From a virus (taxonomy: Duplodnaviria; Caudoviricetes), in the IMG/VR virus record IMGVR_UViG_3300025687_004282, positions 1 through 35,639 of that record: DNA of 35,639 nt, one strand, 5' to 3'. Under the pieces are notes generated by a model that saw only the letters and a program-made list of their open reading frames with translations, did not search any database and was not told the origin of the DNA. How positions within the stretch are numbered: position 1 is the stretch's first letter; each line of letters opens with the position of its first letter. Shown in pieces: positions 16,879-25,592 of the stretch. Position numbers and translations under genes: made by a program.

Positions 16879-17972
16879 GTGTTGGCCTTTACGATGCTGA
16901 TGACTTCTTCTTGTTCTTGGTGGGTGAGTTGTTGGTGGAGTGGCAGGCTGACGGCTTCCTTTGCGTAGCGTTCAGCTTCGGGGAACATTTCTGGCCTTGT
17001 GCCCATTTTTTGCATGCGGATGGAGTAGTATGGGTGTGAGTAGATTGGCCTGTAGTGGAGAGGCGAGTGGTATCCTGCTTGCTTAAGGGCCTCTCTGATG
17101 CCTTCTGCGTTCGGGTGTGTGATGATGTGGAGATGGTGTGCGCTGTGCGCGGTTAGGCTGATTGGTTGCTGGCGAACATGCGAGTGGAGTTCATCAAAGT
17201 ATCGCATGGCCAGTTCCTTGCGGATTTTGATGAAGGTTTCTGCCTTACGGACTTGGGAAGATCCGAGCGCCGCTGCCATGTCTGTCATGCGGTAGTTGTA
17301 GCCTAAGAGATACTGATGGCCGTTCAGCATGCCGTGGCTACGGAAGGCTTGCATGTATTCAGCGATTTTTGGGTCGTTGGTGACTGCCATGCCTCCTTCG
17401 CCTGTTGTGATTGGCTTGACGGGATGGAAGCTGAAGACGGTGATGTCTGAGTATTTGCATGATCCGACAGGCGTTTTTTCGTCGTAGCGTGCGCCGAAAG
17501 CGTGTGCTGCGTCTTCGATAACGCGCACGCCGACTGTTCTGGCAAATGTTCGGATCTCTTTCATGTTCGCTGGCATGCCTGCCATGTGGGTGACAATAAG
17601 GAAGTTCGGTTTGTTTTTGCTGGTTTGCAGTTTGTCCCAGAGGGCTTTGGTTGACATGTTGTAAGTATCTGGGTCGATGTCCACGAAGTCCACATTTGCG
17701 CCGCAGTAGAGGGCGCAGTTTGCTGTGGCTGCGAAGCTGATCGGGCTGACCCAGACAGTATCTCGTTCGCTTACGGAGAGTGCTTTGCAGGCTGCGTGAA
17801 GTGCGGAGGTTGCTGAGTTCATGGCGACGCCGAAGCGTGCGTTCACGGCAGCGCAGACATCTTTCTCGAATTGTTCGACTGCTGGCCCTTGGGTGAGCAT
17901 AGGCGAACGGAGGATCGAGGTGACGGCTTCGATGTCGTCTTCGTCGATCTGCTGACGGCTATAGGGTTTCAT
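16875..17972 (-). CDS. pseC: PLP-dependent UDP-4-keto-sugar aminotransferase (DegT family)
   Basis: PYSRQ, LTQGP, NSATSALH, IEDAAHA, FSFHPVKPITTGEGG, GYNYRMTD. Confidence 0.9.
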   Translation of the reverse strand: MKPYSRQQIDEDDIEAVTSILRSPMLTQGPAVEQFEKDVCAAVNARFGVAMNSATSALHAACKALSVSERDTVWVSPISFAATANCALYCGANVDFVDIDPDTYNMSTKALWDKLQTSKNKPNFLIVTHMAGMPANMKEIRTFARTVGVRVIEDAAHAFGARYDEKTPVGSCKYSDITVFSFHPVKPITTGEGGMAVTNDPKIAEYMQAFRSHGMLNGHQYLLGYNYRMTDMAAALGSSQVRKAETFIKIRKELAMRYFDELHSHVRQQPISLTAHSAHHLHIITHPNAEGIREALKQAGYHSPLHYRPIYSHPYYSIRMQKMGTRPEMFPEAERYAKEAVSLPLHQQLTHQEQEEVISIVKANT

Positions 17973-18924
17973 GTGCGAGCCAGAGCTTGAGTTGTTCGGA
18001 CGTCATCCAGTGTGCGTTGTTGTCGCTTGTGTAGAAGAATGATGGTGAGACAGCGACGCCGTCCTTGATGCGCGTGGGATCTAGGTGCCAGTCGTAGATG
18101 GCTGGCAGGATCTTGAAGTAGTCTTGGTATTCGTAGGTGTATGGCGCGTCTTCGTGGCCAATCATTTGTTCGTGCAGTTTTTCGCCGGGCCGTGTGCCGA
18201 TGATGTCGAGCGACGCTTCTGGCCGAATTGTTCGGGCTATCTCTACGACCTTCATGGAGGGGATCTTGCGAACATAGATCTCGCCTCCGATTGAGTCGTT
18301 GAGTGCGTGCATGACGAGATCCACCCCTTGGTCGAGGGTTATCATGAAGCGTGTCATGCGGATGTCTGTGATGGGGATTTTAGTCCCCACGAAAGATTTG
18401 AAGAGCGGGATGACTGAGCCTCGTGAGCCCATGACGTTGCCGTAGCGCACGACGGAAAAGATTGTGTTGCTGTAGGAGTTCGAGGCGATGAAGAGCTTGT
18501 CTGAGCAGAGTTTGGATGCGCCGTAGAGGTTGACGGGCGAGGATGCCTTGTCGGTAGAGAGGGCTACGACCTTCTTGACGCCGCATGTTGTGGCTGCGTC
18601 GGCTACGTTCATCGCGCCGATGACGTTGGTCTTGATGCACTCGAAGGGATTGTATTCTGCTGACGGGACGATCTTCATGGCTGCGGCATGGATGACGTAA
18701 TCGACGCCGCGCATGGCAAGATGGAGACGCTCGCGGTCACGAACGTCTCCGATGAAGTATTTGACCTGTGGGTGCTTCTTGGCCATTTCCCACTGCTTCA
18801 TTTCGTCTCGCGAGTAGACGATGATGCGAGCGGGTTTGTGGGCAGATGCTGCCTTTACGAACGCTTGGCCGAAGGAGCCTGTGCCCCCTGTTATGAGAAC
18901 GGTGGCATCAGTCAGCAGGGTCAT
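17959..18924 (-). CDS. pseB: UDP-N-acetylglucosamine 4,6-dehydratase (inverting)
   Basis: TGGTGSFG, SRDEMKQ, HAAAMKIVP, EYNPFECIKTN, LSTDKA...YGASK, RYGNVMGSRGSV, RPGEKLHE. Confidence 0.93.
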   Translation of the reverse strand: MTLLTDATVLITGGTGSFGQAFVKAASAHKPARIIVYSRDEMKQWEMAKKHPQVKYFIGDVRDRERLHLAMRGVDYVIHAAAMKIVPSAEYNPFECIKTNVIGAMNVADAATTCGVKKVVALSTDKASSPVNLYGASKLCSDKLFIASNSYSNTIFSVVRYGNVMGSRGSVIPLFKSFVGTKIPITDIRMTRFMITLDQGVDLVMHALNDSIGGEIYVRKIPSMKVVEIARTIRPEASLDIIGTRPGEKLHEQMIGHEDAPYTYEYQDYFKILPAIYDWHLDPTRIKDGVAVSPSFFYTSDNNAHWMTSEQLKLWLAHETL

Positions 18925-19075
18925 GTAGGTCTTCGCCTTTCTTGATTGCTTCGACCAGTCGTTGGATCATCAGCGCACGATCTTTGTTCCAAGGCGTCTT
19001 GGGATCGTTGAAGATGATGTCTGCTATGGCGGTTATTCGGTCTAAGCCTTTGATTGCGTTGTCTGAGAGTTCCAT
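18908..19075 (-). CDS. Hypothetical protein (55 aa)
   Basis: Translated by hand: MELSDNAIKGLDRITAIADIIFNDPKTPWNKDRALMIQRLVEAIKKGEDLHDPAD; TGATG-coupled upstream, overlaps the pseB start. Confidence 0.6.
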   Translation of the reverse strand: MELSDNAIKGLDRITAIADIIFNDPKTPWNKDRALMIQRLVEAIKKGEDLHDPAD

Positions 19076-19311
19076 CAGTCCCACCTTGCTTCATTTTCGA
19101 GGACGAGAACTGGCCCGTAGAGCGGTCGACCAAACATGTCGCTGGCCTTCTCGTTGATCGGCAGTTGCTTGATCAGACCTTCCTCATCGACGAGGACTTG
19201 CACGTCGCCGACATGGATCATCTCGACCCATCCGCCGATGATGCTCTGAGCCTGTTCTAGAGAAGGACGCTCCTCCCGCGTGGAGAGAGCGCCGAAGAAT
19301 TGCATAGCCAT
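19075..19311 (-). CDS. DUF3846-like phage protein
   Basis: SLEQAQSIIGGWVEMI...VDEEGL...LPINEKAS...LYGPVLV. Confidence 0.7.
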   Translation of the reverse strand: MAMQFFGALSTREERPSLEQAQSIIGGWVEMIHVGDVQVLVDEEGLIKQLPINEKASDMFGRPLYGPVLVLENEARWD

Positions 19312-19339
19312 CTGTGCCTCCTATGTTGCTAGCATGGGA

Positions 19340-19368
19340 AACTTAGTAACTTATTCCACACAAGTCAA
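19340..19368 (-). promoter_or_regulatory. Promoter for the DUF3846-pse operon
   Basis: TTGACT-N17-TAAGTT, then CTAGCAACATAGGAGG leader. Confidence 0.65.
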
Positions 19369-21575
19369 ACATTATCTCGTGCGGTCGTGGGTTGATATTC
19401 ACCGCGCGAGAGGGGGCCACCGGGAACGCCGAGGAACTTGGTTGCACCGCTGGGGGTGAGGGCCTTGAGGATGACTTGTCCTGTGGAGAGGAGGTAGTCG
19501 AGTTCGGTCTTGATGGTGGACTTCGACCACGGCTTGAGGGCGTTGATGAAGATGTGATCGTTGGACATGGTCTGGATGACCTCGTGGACGCCGTTGCGGC
19601 CTGTCATCATGACTGCCTCGCCATTGTTCTCACGCAGTTCGATGAAGCCGATGAGGGCGTTGCGGCGCATGTCTGTGTTGCCGCTGGCTGTCTGGGCTGC
19701 GAGCAGTTCGATGCTGCAATCCTTGAGCAGGCCTGTGTTCATGTCGCGCACGAAGTGCCGGATCTCGCGGTTGGCTGGGCCGTTGGATTTGACCACTGCC
19801 CCATCGAAGCAGATGTTGCGCGAGAACGGGATGTTAAGGAACTTGCAGAACTCTCGTGCGGTCTTCTCTTCGACTTGCCAGAGGGCGAAGGCAGCGCGGA
19901 CGCCATCGACGATGGCTGAAGTGCCACGGATCAGGTTACGGGCTTGCTCCGGAGTTGTGATGGGCTCGCTGTCCTTGATCTTTGCCATGTGATGGTTGAC
20001 CATGACGGTAGCGCCGGTTTCGGTTGCCATCTGGGCGAGCATGCCCATGAATGCTGCGCCTGCCGCTGGATCTGCGTTTACGTCTGCGTGGACGAAGGAA
20101 GCGAGCGGGTCTGCTACGAAGAGTGCGAGGTTCTCGATTTGCAGGATTTGTTCATAGAGGCGAAGGAACTCCTCCCCCATGGCGTAGGAGTTATCGACCT
20201 TGACCATGATCGGAAAGACGCCGCCGAGGTTCGGCAGGGGGATGATGTAGAGGTTGTGCTCGAAGTTGAACCTGTCCCCGTTCGGGTCCAGACGTTCGAT
20301 GCGGCGATGGATCTCGTCCTTGTCGTCCTCGGCGCAAAGCAGGACGACGTTTCCAAAGTGAGAGACTAGGCCACCGAAGGCGAACTGCATTGGCTTGCCT
20401 GAGGCGATCTTCATGGCAAGATCGAGGGTCATCATGCCTTTGCCGCTATCGCCTGCGGCAGCGAAGACGACGGGGACGCCAAGCGGCAGAGTGCTGTCGA
20501 TCAGGAAGTGCTGTTCGGGTGCTGGGCCACGGAATTGTTCGGAGATCAGCAGCGAGTTGTCGAGGAGGTTGATGGGCTTCTTGGTTGCCTTGTTCGGCGC
20601 GTTAACGAAGGCCGCGATGTCGAAGCCTTCAGAGATAGCGTCGGAGGCGTCCCACTTCTCTGGCTTGCCCCGTGGGGGCGTTAGCATGGTGATCGAACGC
20701 GCACCGGCCCTTGCAGCGAGTTCCTGCACTAGCTTGGCGACCTTGGCACCGGATGCGTCGTTGTCTGGCCAGATGATGAGTTCTTTGCCTTGGAGCGGCG
20801 AGAAGTCGTAGCTTGGCGCTGACTTGGGCGAGAGCATGCCTGCACCGCCGAGGGTGCATGTGGCGACGTAGCCGAGCTTGTTGAGATCGTCGGCGCACTT
20901 CTCTCCTTCGACCCAGATAATGCGGTCAGCGGTGTTGATGCCGGGCAGATTATAGAGCGGACGGATGTCAGGCATCTTCGGGTATGGGCTACCCTGAGAG
21001 AACTGCCGGAACTCTTTCTTGGGCTTGCCGTCAGAGCCGAGGACGGGCTGTCCGTTAGCGTCTCTAGCGATGTATCGCCGCACGATACAGATGATCTCTC
21101 CATCGACGGAGGAGTAGATATGTTCGCCATCGTGGGGCGTGTTGATGTCGATCTGCCGGGACGCAGTCGGGGGAGAAGACGATACTGTCTCGGGGGGCCT
21201 GATGGGATTTTGGGGCGGGGCTACGCGAGGCGGTGCGACATCGCCGATGTAGGATCTGTAGTGGCTGACGACCTCTTGGAACGTCCAGCCGCGTCCTTCC
21301 ATGAGGACCTTGCAGATGCCGCCGACACCTTCGCCGGATGCGAAGTCTGAGCCCTGCATGAAGTGCGGGCTGTGCATGGCGATGTCGATCTTGAGCGATT
21401 TGCCGGGCTCTCCGTTGAAGGAGCCAACTGTAAACACTTCGCCTTTTCGCTGCCCTTGGGGAAAGGTTTCGAGAAGGTCTGAGAGTTGCACTGAGCGCGG
21501 CACACGCTCGCTGATTAGCTGGGCTAGATTCTTGTCCCCGCTAGATCTTGTGTTGCCAAAGGGGATGATCGACAT
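19365..21575 (-). CDS. Primase-helicase (TOPRIM plus RepA/AAA_25-like helicase)
   Basis: WVEGEKCAD and IWPDNDASG (TOPRIM); AAGDSGKG, CAEDD, VADPL, NHHMAK, IRGTSAIVD (helicase). Confidence 0.85.
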   Translation of the reverse strand: MSIIPFGNTRSSGDKNLAQLISERVPRSVQLSDLLETFPQGQRKGEVFTVGSFNGEPGKSLKIDIAMHSPHFMQGSDFASGEGVGGICKVLMEGRGWTFQEVVSHYRSYIGDVAPPRVAPPQNPIRPPETVSSSPPTASRQIDINTPHDGEHIYSSVDGEIICIVRRYIARDANGQPVLGSDGKPKKEFRQFSQGSPYPKMPDIRPLYNLPGINTADRIIWVEGEKCADDLNKLGYVATCTLGGAGMLSPKSAPSYDFSPLQGKELIIWPDNDASGAKVAKLVQELAARAGARSITMLTPPRGKPEKWDASDAISEGFDIAAFVNAPNKATKKPINLLDNSLLISEQFRGPAPEQHFLIDSTLPLGVPVVFAAAGDSGKGMMTLDLAMKIASGKPMQFAFGGLVSHFGNVVLLCAEDDKDEIHRRIERLDPNGDRFNFEHNLYIIPLPNLGGVFPIMVKVDNSYAMGEEFLRLYEQILQIENLALFVADPLASFVHADVNADPAAGAAFMGMLAQMATETGATVMVNHHMAKIKDSEPITTPEQARNLIRGTSAIVDGVRAAFALWQVEEKTAREFCKFLNIPFSRNICFDGAVVKSNGPANREIRHFVRDMNTGLLKDCSIELLAAQTASGNTDMRRNALIGFIELRENNGEAVMMTGRNGVHEVIQTMSNDHIFINALKPWSKSTIKTELDYLLSTGQVILKALTPSGATKFLGVPGGPLSRGEYQPTTARDNV

Positions 21576-21613
21576 TATATTGTTCTCGCACGCTTCTTTT
21601 TGGTTGGGTGACT

Positions 21614-21640
21614 GGCGGGGCTTCGGCCCTGCCTTTTTTT
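21614..21640 (+). terminator. Rho-independent terminator oriented on the plus strand
   Basis: GGCGGGGC-TTCG-GCCCTGCC-TTTTTTT. Confidence 0.75.
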
Positions 21641-22463
21641 ATTGGCTATCCCAGCAAGTTTTCTGGAACTCGCACATGCGGCAGGCGAAGTAGTCTTGCG
21701 TCTGCGCAATGCGAGGCAGGATGTCATTGGCTTTTGAAGCGGTCAATATGTTTGCCGCTCGGTCGCTGATGCGTTGGGCAAGCTCGGCATCGAAGGGAAC
21801 GAGTTCGTAGTAGATCTCTGAGGTGTTCTTGTTGACGACAGTGAAGAGCGCAGGGTTCTCTGTCAGGTCCATGTAGGCTTGATAGATGGCTATCTGCGCT
21901 GCGTAGACGGGATTGGCCTTGGCGACACCATGTCGCACGAACTCGTTGAACTTCTTGTCGCTGGCTGTCTTGTTCTCCCAGAGGCATGGGTAGCCGATGA
22001 CGTTAGGACCGCCGCAGATCACGCCGTCTATGTGCCCTGCGATTTGGTCTTCAGCGATGGAGAAGCCGAACTGCTTACCCTTCGAGTCTTGGGTTCTGAG
22101 ATCGAAGCCTGCCATGCGCAGGACCTTGACCATCTCGTCTTCCAGAACATGTCCGAGCGCGAAGATCCGCAGGGTTCTTGCCGGGAACTTTTTGTCCTCG
22201 TCCACGGGGGCATCGAGATAGCGATACTGGATCTTGCGCGAGCATTCGTCGCCCAAGGACGACGCGCCGATGTAAGCACGTCTGGGTTTCTTTTCGTGAT
22301 CCGCGAGGATCGCGGCATCTACCAGAGCCGACACTTGTTCGGCTGTTGGGTCGCTAGAACGGGATGCTTGTAGCTGGCCAAGTGCCAGTTGACTCAACGT
22401 AGGTGCGCTCGATGGTTGCGAGGTCATGCTCATCCTCAATCTTGTTGGCTTCTTGGATACCAT
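21639..22463 (-). CDS. Cas4-like PD-(D/E)XK exonuclease (start uncertain)
   Basis: YIGASSLGDECSR, GHIDG, WENKT, YAAQIAIY, CRMCEFQKTC (four Cys, Fe-S-like). Confidence 0.85.
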   Translation of the reverse strand: MVSKKPTRLRMSMTSQPSSAPTLSQLALGQLQASRSSDPTAEQVSALVDAAILADHEKKPRRAYIGASSLGDECSRKIQYRYLDAPVDEDKKFPARTLRIFALGHVLEDEMVKVLRMAGFDLRTQDSKGKQFGFSIAEDQIAGHIDGVICGGPNVIGYPCLWENKTASDKKFNEFVRHGVAKANPVYAAQIAIYQAYMDLTENPALFTVVNKNTSEIYYELVPFDAELAQRISDRAANILTASKANDILPRIAQTQDYFACRMCEFQKTCWDSQ

Positions 22464-22605
22464 AGATGAGGCTGATTACCTGCTTCTCTGTCAGATCGCA
22501 CAGCCTTGTTTCCCATCCGAACTTGCCGAACAGGAACGTGAGTTCTTCCATGGGGCCGTTTCTTTGCACCTTGCTTTCGATTGTGGTCTCGAAGGGATTT
22601 TGCAT
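22354..22605 (-). CDS. Phage hypothetical protein (DUF6511-like)
   Basis: GWETRLCDLTEKQV motif, IPF C-terminus, located between helicase and exonuclease. Confidence 0.55.
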   Translation of the reverse strand: MQNPFETTIESKVQRNGPMEELTFLFGKFGWETRLCDLTEKQVISLIYGIQEANKIEDEHDLATIERTYVESTGTWPATSIPF

Positions 22606-22606
22606 T

Positions 22607-22897
22607 TCATCTGTCCGGGCTGTGGAGTGGGACGATATTGTTCGGGAGGTCCTCGTTCAGATGGCTCAGTGAAAGCATGGACTGTCCTCGGATGAAGACA
22701 TTGGCCGTGCAGTACATAATATCATAGAACTTGGAGAACTTCCGGCAGTGTTCGTCTAGCAGGTTGACTGCGCGCTCTTCGACAATGTCTTTGTCGTAGT
22801 CGTCTTCGACAAAGCACATCACAGGGTCAGTGAATGCCCTGATCTCGCCTGACGGCTCACGGATTGTGGTGACGATATGGACCTCAATCCTTGCCAT
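22607..22897 (-). CDS. Hypothetical protein (96 aa)
   Basis: Fills the operon gap with short overlap/abutment. Confidence 0.6.
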   Translation of the reverse strand: MARIEVHIVTTIREPSGEIRAFTDPVMCFVEDDYDKDIVEERAVNLLDEHCRKFSKFYDIMYCTANVFIRGQSMLSLSHLNEDLPNNIVPLHSPDR

Positions 22898-23174
22898 TGG
22901 TGGCCATCTCGCCGCCGAGGGCGCTGTAAGCTGCCTTGTCGATCCATGAGTCGGTATGTTCGAGGGTGACTAGGATGCGTGAGGTCTTGAGCCAATCCAT
23001 CATCAGAGCGACATGGGCGGGCGTCAGCTTGCCGTGCGTCTCGATGGCGCGCCAGACGATGACGTTCCATCCGTCAGCAACGCGCTGGTGCATGGATAGT
23101 GCGTCGCCGTAGTCACGGGCGCGGTCGCCGTTGATGAGGTCTTTGGCCTTGTCGAGGATCTCGTCACGCTGCAT
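22884..23174 (-). CDS. DUF6378-like protein
   Basis: LINGDRARDYGD...VALMMDWLKTSR...DSWIDKAAYSALGGE. Confidence 0.75.
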   Translation of the reverse strand: MQRDEILDKAKDLINGDRARDYGDALSMHQRVADGWNVIVWRAIETHGKLTPAHVALMMDWLKTSRILVTLEHTDSWIDKAAYSALGGEMATNGKD

Positions 23175-24852
23175 TTGTGTAGCCCATCTTGTTAATGATG
23201 CTGTCGATTGCCTGCCTGTTCCACAGATAGTTCAGCCAGCACGCTGCCTTGTAGCGTGTCCAAGAGTAGTCCAAACGCCCAACTGTGACACCTTGAAGCG
23301 CGAGAAGTTCTCTTTGCTTTTCGCTTACGGACTCGTCGAGCCAACGCTTTGTCTTGCTGGCAGCTTTGCCATTTTCCACTTCACGCAGGAAATCATCTGC
23401 TGCCGCTGTCGCCTGCACTTTCGTGCCGATTGAGACGACGCGTGTTCTGCCGCCCTTCTCCTTGACGATGGCGATGCAGGTGTCCTGTTCTGTCTCGATG
23501 ACGATGCCGAAGCCATTGAAGCCTGTTGCCATCTTGCATGCGCCAGTGCCGAACGGGTCGATCCAGCGGAATGGAGATCTGCTGATGAGGTCGATCTCGG
23601 TGAGTTCAAATGAGTGAAGTTCTTCCTTCTCGTCTGGCGCTGACGACTTGAAGAGGTGTCCACAATTCTGACACTCCTTCGCGTTTTGAGGGACGAGGAA
23701 CTCGCATTCTGGGCACTCCTTTTGCGGAGCCAAGCCCATTTCTCTTCCGTCATTGCCGTCGAGATCTACGTCATCATCCAGTTCCCCATGGGTCAGGATG
23801 CTCGTGCCGAAGTCGATGACGATGCAGTCTTTCTTGATGAGCCCCGGGTGGATCTCTGGGTCTACAGTCCGCAGACCCCTGCCGATCATCTGCACCATGG
23901 TGGCTTTGTAGGAGCATGGGCGCGTCAGGATGACGCAGGATACGGGCTGGGCGTCAAAGCCTTCGGTGAGGACGGCTACGTTGACGACAACTTGTACGTC
24001 GCCAAACTCTAGGTCGTGCAGGATCTGCTTGCGCTCTTCTCTTGGCGTGTCGCCCGTAACTGTCTTGGCGTTGATGCCTGCGTCTACGAAGGATTTGCAG
24101 ACGCCTTCTGCGTGAGCAATGGTGGAGCAGAACACGACTGTCTTGCGGTCGCCAGCGAGTTCATCCCACTTTTCCACAATGGCGTCGTTGATGACGCGCT
24201 TGTTCATGATCGCTTCGACTTGGTCCATGTCGAAGTCTGAGGCTACCTTTCGCACGCCTTCGAGTTCTGCGCGCACACCCAAGTCGATGACGTAGGCTTT
24301 TGGCGGAACGAGGAAGCCTTCACGGATCAGCGTTGTGAGCTTGATCTGATGAGAGCAGTTGGTGAAGACGTCCTTGAGGCCTTTCTTGTCGCCACGATTT
24401 GGGGTTGCGGTAAAACCTACAACTTCGGCATTTTCGTTGTCCTTGCGGACAGCTTCGATGACCTTGAGGTATGTGTCCGCTGCGACGTGGTGGCTTTCGT
24501 CGATGACCACCATGTCGAACTTGGGGCGCTTGGACAGGTTGTTCTCACGCGAGAGGGTCTGGACCATGGAGAAGATGGCATCGCCACTCCAATCCTTCAT
24601 GGTTCCATCCACGATGCTCGTGGTGATGTAGGGGTTCACCTTGAGGAACTTGGCGCGGTTTTGGGCCACCAGTTCGTCGCGGTGTTGCAGGACAAGAACG
24701 CGCTTGTCCTTCTTATGGCGCTTGCCGATTAGGGCTGAGAGCATGATCGTCTTGCCTGCCCCTGTGGGCGCAACGACGATGGTGTTCTTGTGTTTGTCGA
24801 GAGCCTTACAGGCATCTGCGACAGCGGCTTGCTGATAAGGACGCAGGATCAC
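23164..24852 (-). CDS. Superfamily 2 DExH helicase with zinc ribbon
   Basis: LRPYQ, APTGAGKT, IDESHH, GFTATP, VLTEGFD, QMIGRGLR, CPEC...CQNC. Confidence 0.92.
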   Translation of the reverse strand: MILRPYQQAAVADACKALDKHKNTIVVAPTGAGKTIMLSALIGKRHKKDKRVLVLQHRDELVAQNRAKFLKVNPYITTSIVDGTMKDWSGDAIFSMVQTLSRENNLSKRPKFDMVVIDESHHVAADTYLKVIEAVRKDNENAEVVGFTATPNRGDKKGLKDVFTNCSHQIKLTTLIREGFLVPPKAYVIDLGVRAELEGVRKVASDFDMDQVEAIMNKRVINDAIVEKWDELAGDRKTVVFCSTIAHAEGVCKSFVDAGINAKTVTGDTPREERKQILHDLEFGDVQVVVNVAVLTEGFDAQPVSCVILTRPCSYKATMVQMIGRGLRTVDPEIHPGLIKKDCIVIDFGTSILTHGELDDDVDLDGNDGREMGLAPQKECPECEFLVPQNAKECQNCGHLFKSSAPDEKEELHSFELTEIDLISRSPFRWIDPFGTGACKMATGFNGFGIVIETEQDTCIAIVKEKGGRTRVVSIGTKVQATAAADDFLREVENGKAASKTKRWLDESVSEKQRELLALQGVTVGRLDYSWTRYKAACWLNYLWNRQAIDSIINKMGYTNAA

Positions 24853-24865
24853 GGGACATTCCTTT

Positions 24866-24940
24866 TGCTAGAAGGATGGTGGGGGATTAGCGGCCCGCGT
24901 CCCCCGGCGCGGTCTAGCAGGCAGGAGTTGCCATGCCGCT
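24866..24940 (-). ncRNA. Candidate structured RNA (multi-helix, pseudoknotted) upstream of the helicase gene
   Basis: Five complementary segment pairs within 75 nt (see findings). Confidence 0.55.
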
Positions 24941-24942
24941 CG

Positions 24943-25581
24943 TTATCTTTTGGCCCAAGCAGGGACAGCGCCAGATGTCATCATCTGCGGCTGCTGCTGC
25001 ACGGGCTGGGGCGCATATGTCTGCTGCTGGAACGCAGGCTGCGCCGGTACATGCTGTGTATATTGCGACCCATCGCGCGGCAAGTAGCCGTTGTCCTTGG
25101 GCGTCATGGCGACCATCAAGCGGTTGGTATCCTTGTAGCCGTTGGTGCCTTTCTTGATGCCAACCTTGGCGCAGATCTCCACGCCGTTGAGCGCACCAAC
25201 GCCGGGAAGGTTGCGGGCCTGCTGGGCCTGCGGCGACATGTCCGAGGGATCGAGCCCTGCGGCGCTGTCGATCAGGGCCTTAAGCGTGCGCAGACCAATC
25301 TCCTTGGCCTCGGGCATGCCGGATGCGCCCAGCTTGTCGCCATCGACGAAGACCTTGTCCCAGAACTTGCGGCGGTCGTAGGGTCCACCAATGACAGTGA
25401 ACTCCAGATCCATCCACTTGGCCTTGGTTTCGCGCGCGGCCTTGAACCAGTTGCCTGCTCCATACTCGGGCAGGGAGATCTCGCCCGGCTTGATCGACAT
25501 GATAGCGCGGACGATAGAGCCAGCCGGGATGAGGTCGAACTCACGCTGCTCGCCAGCGGGAACGGAATTGAGGTTAAGCAT
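24943..25581 (-). CDS. DUF669-like single-stranded DNA-binding protein
   Basis: FDLIPAG...LEFTVIGGPYDRRKFW...; Gln/Pro-rich tail ending PAWAKR; follows the AAA_24 ATPase. Confidence 0.7.
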   Translation of the reverse strand: MLNLNSVPAGEQREFDLIPAGSIVRAIMSIKPGEISLPEYGAGNWFKAARETKAKWMDLEFTVIGGPYDRRKFWDKVFVDGDKLGASGMPEAKEIGLRTLKALIDSAAGLDPSDMSPQAQQARNLPGVGALNGVEICAKVGIKKGTNGYKDTNRLMVAMTPKDNGYLPRDGSQYTQHVPAQPAFQQQTYAPQPVQQQPQMMTSGAVPAWAKR

Positions 25582-25592
25582 CGTCAGATCCT

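Noticed and set aside
18921-19133. 70-aa ORF from the track
   Set aside because: The alternative frame 18908-19075 is TGATG-coupled and looks more protein-like.
21639-22463. Cas4-like gene as evidence of CRISPR-Cas
   Set aside because: No other cas genes or array; solo Cas4-like nucleases are common in phage replication modules.
24866-24940. Assignment as HDV-like/theta ribozyme or tRNA (CUAA before a helix; CCACCA)
   Set aside because: Helix order and length do not fit the HDV topology; no cloverleaf or T-loop.
24933-25157. Plus-strand 74-aa ORF preceded by CTAGCAGGCAGGAG
   Set aside because: Antisense to the SSB gene and low complexity; the apparent RBS is better explained as the complement of the anti-SD arm of the minus-strand RNA, though not fully excluded.
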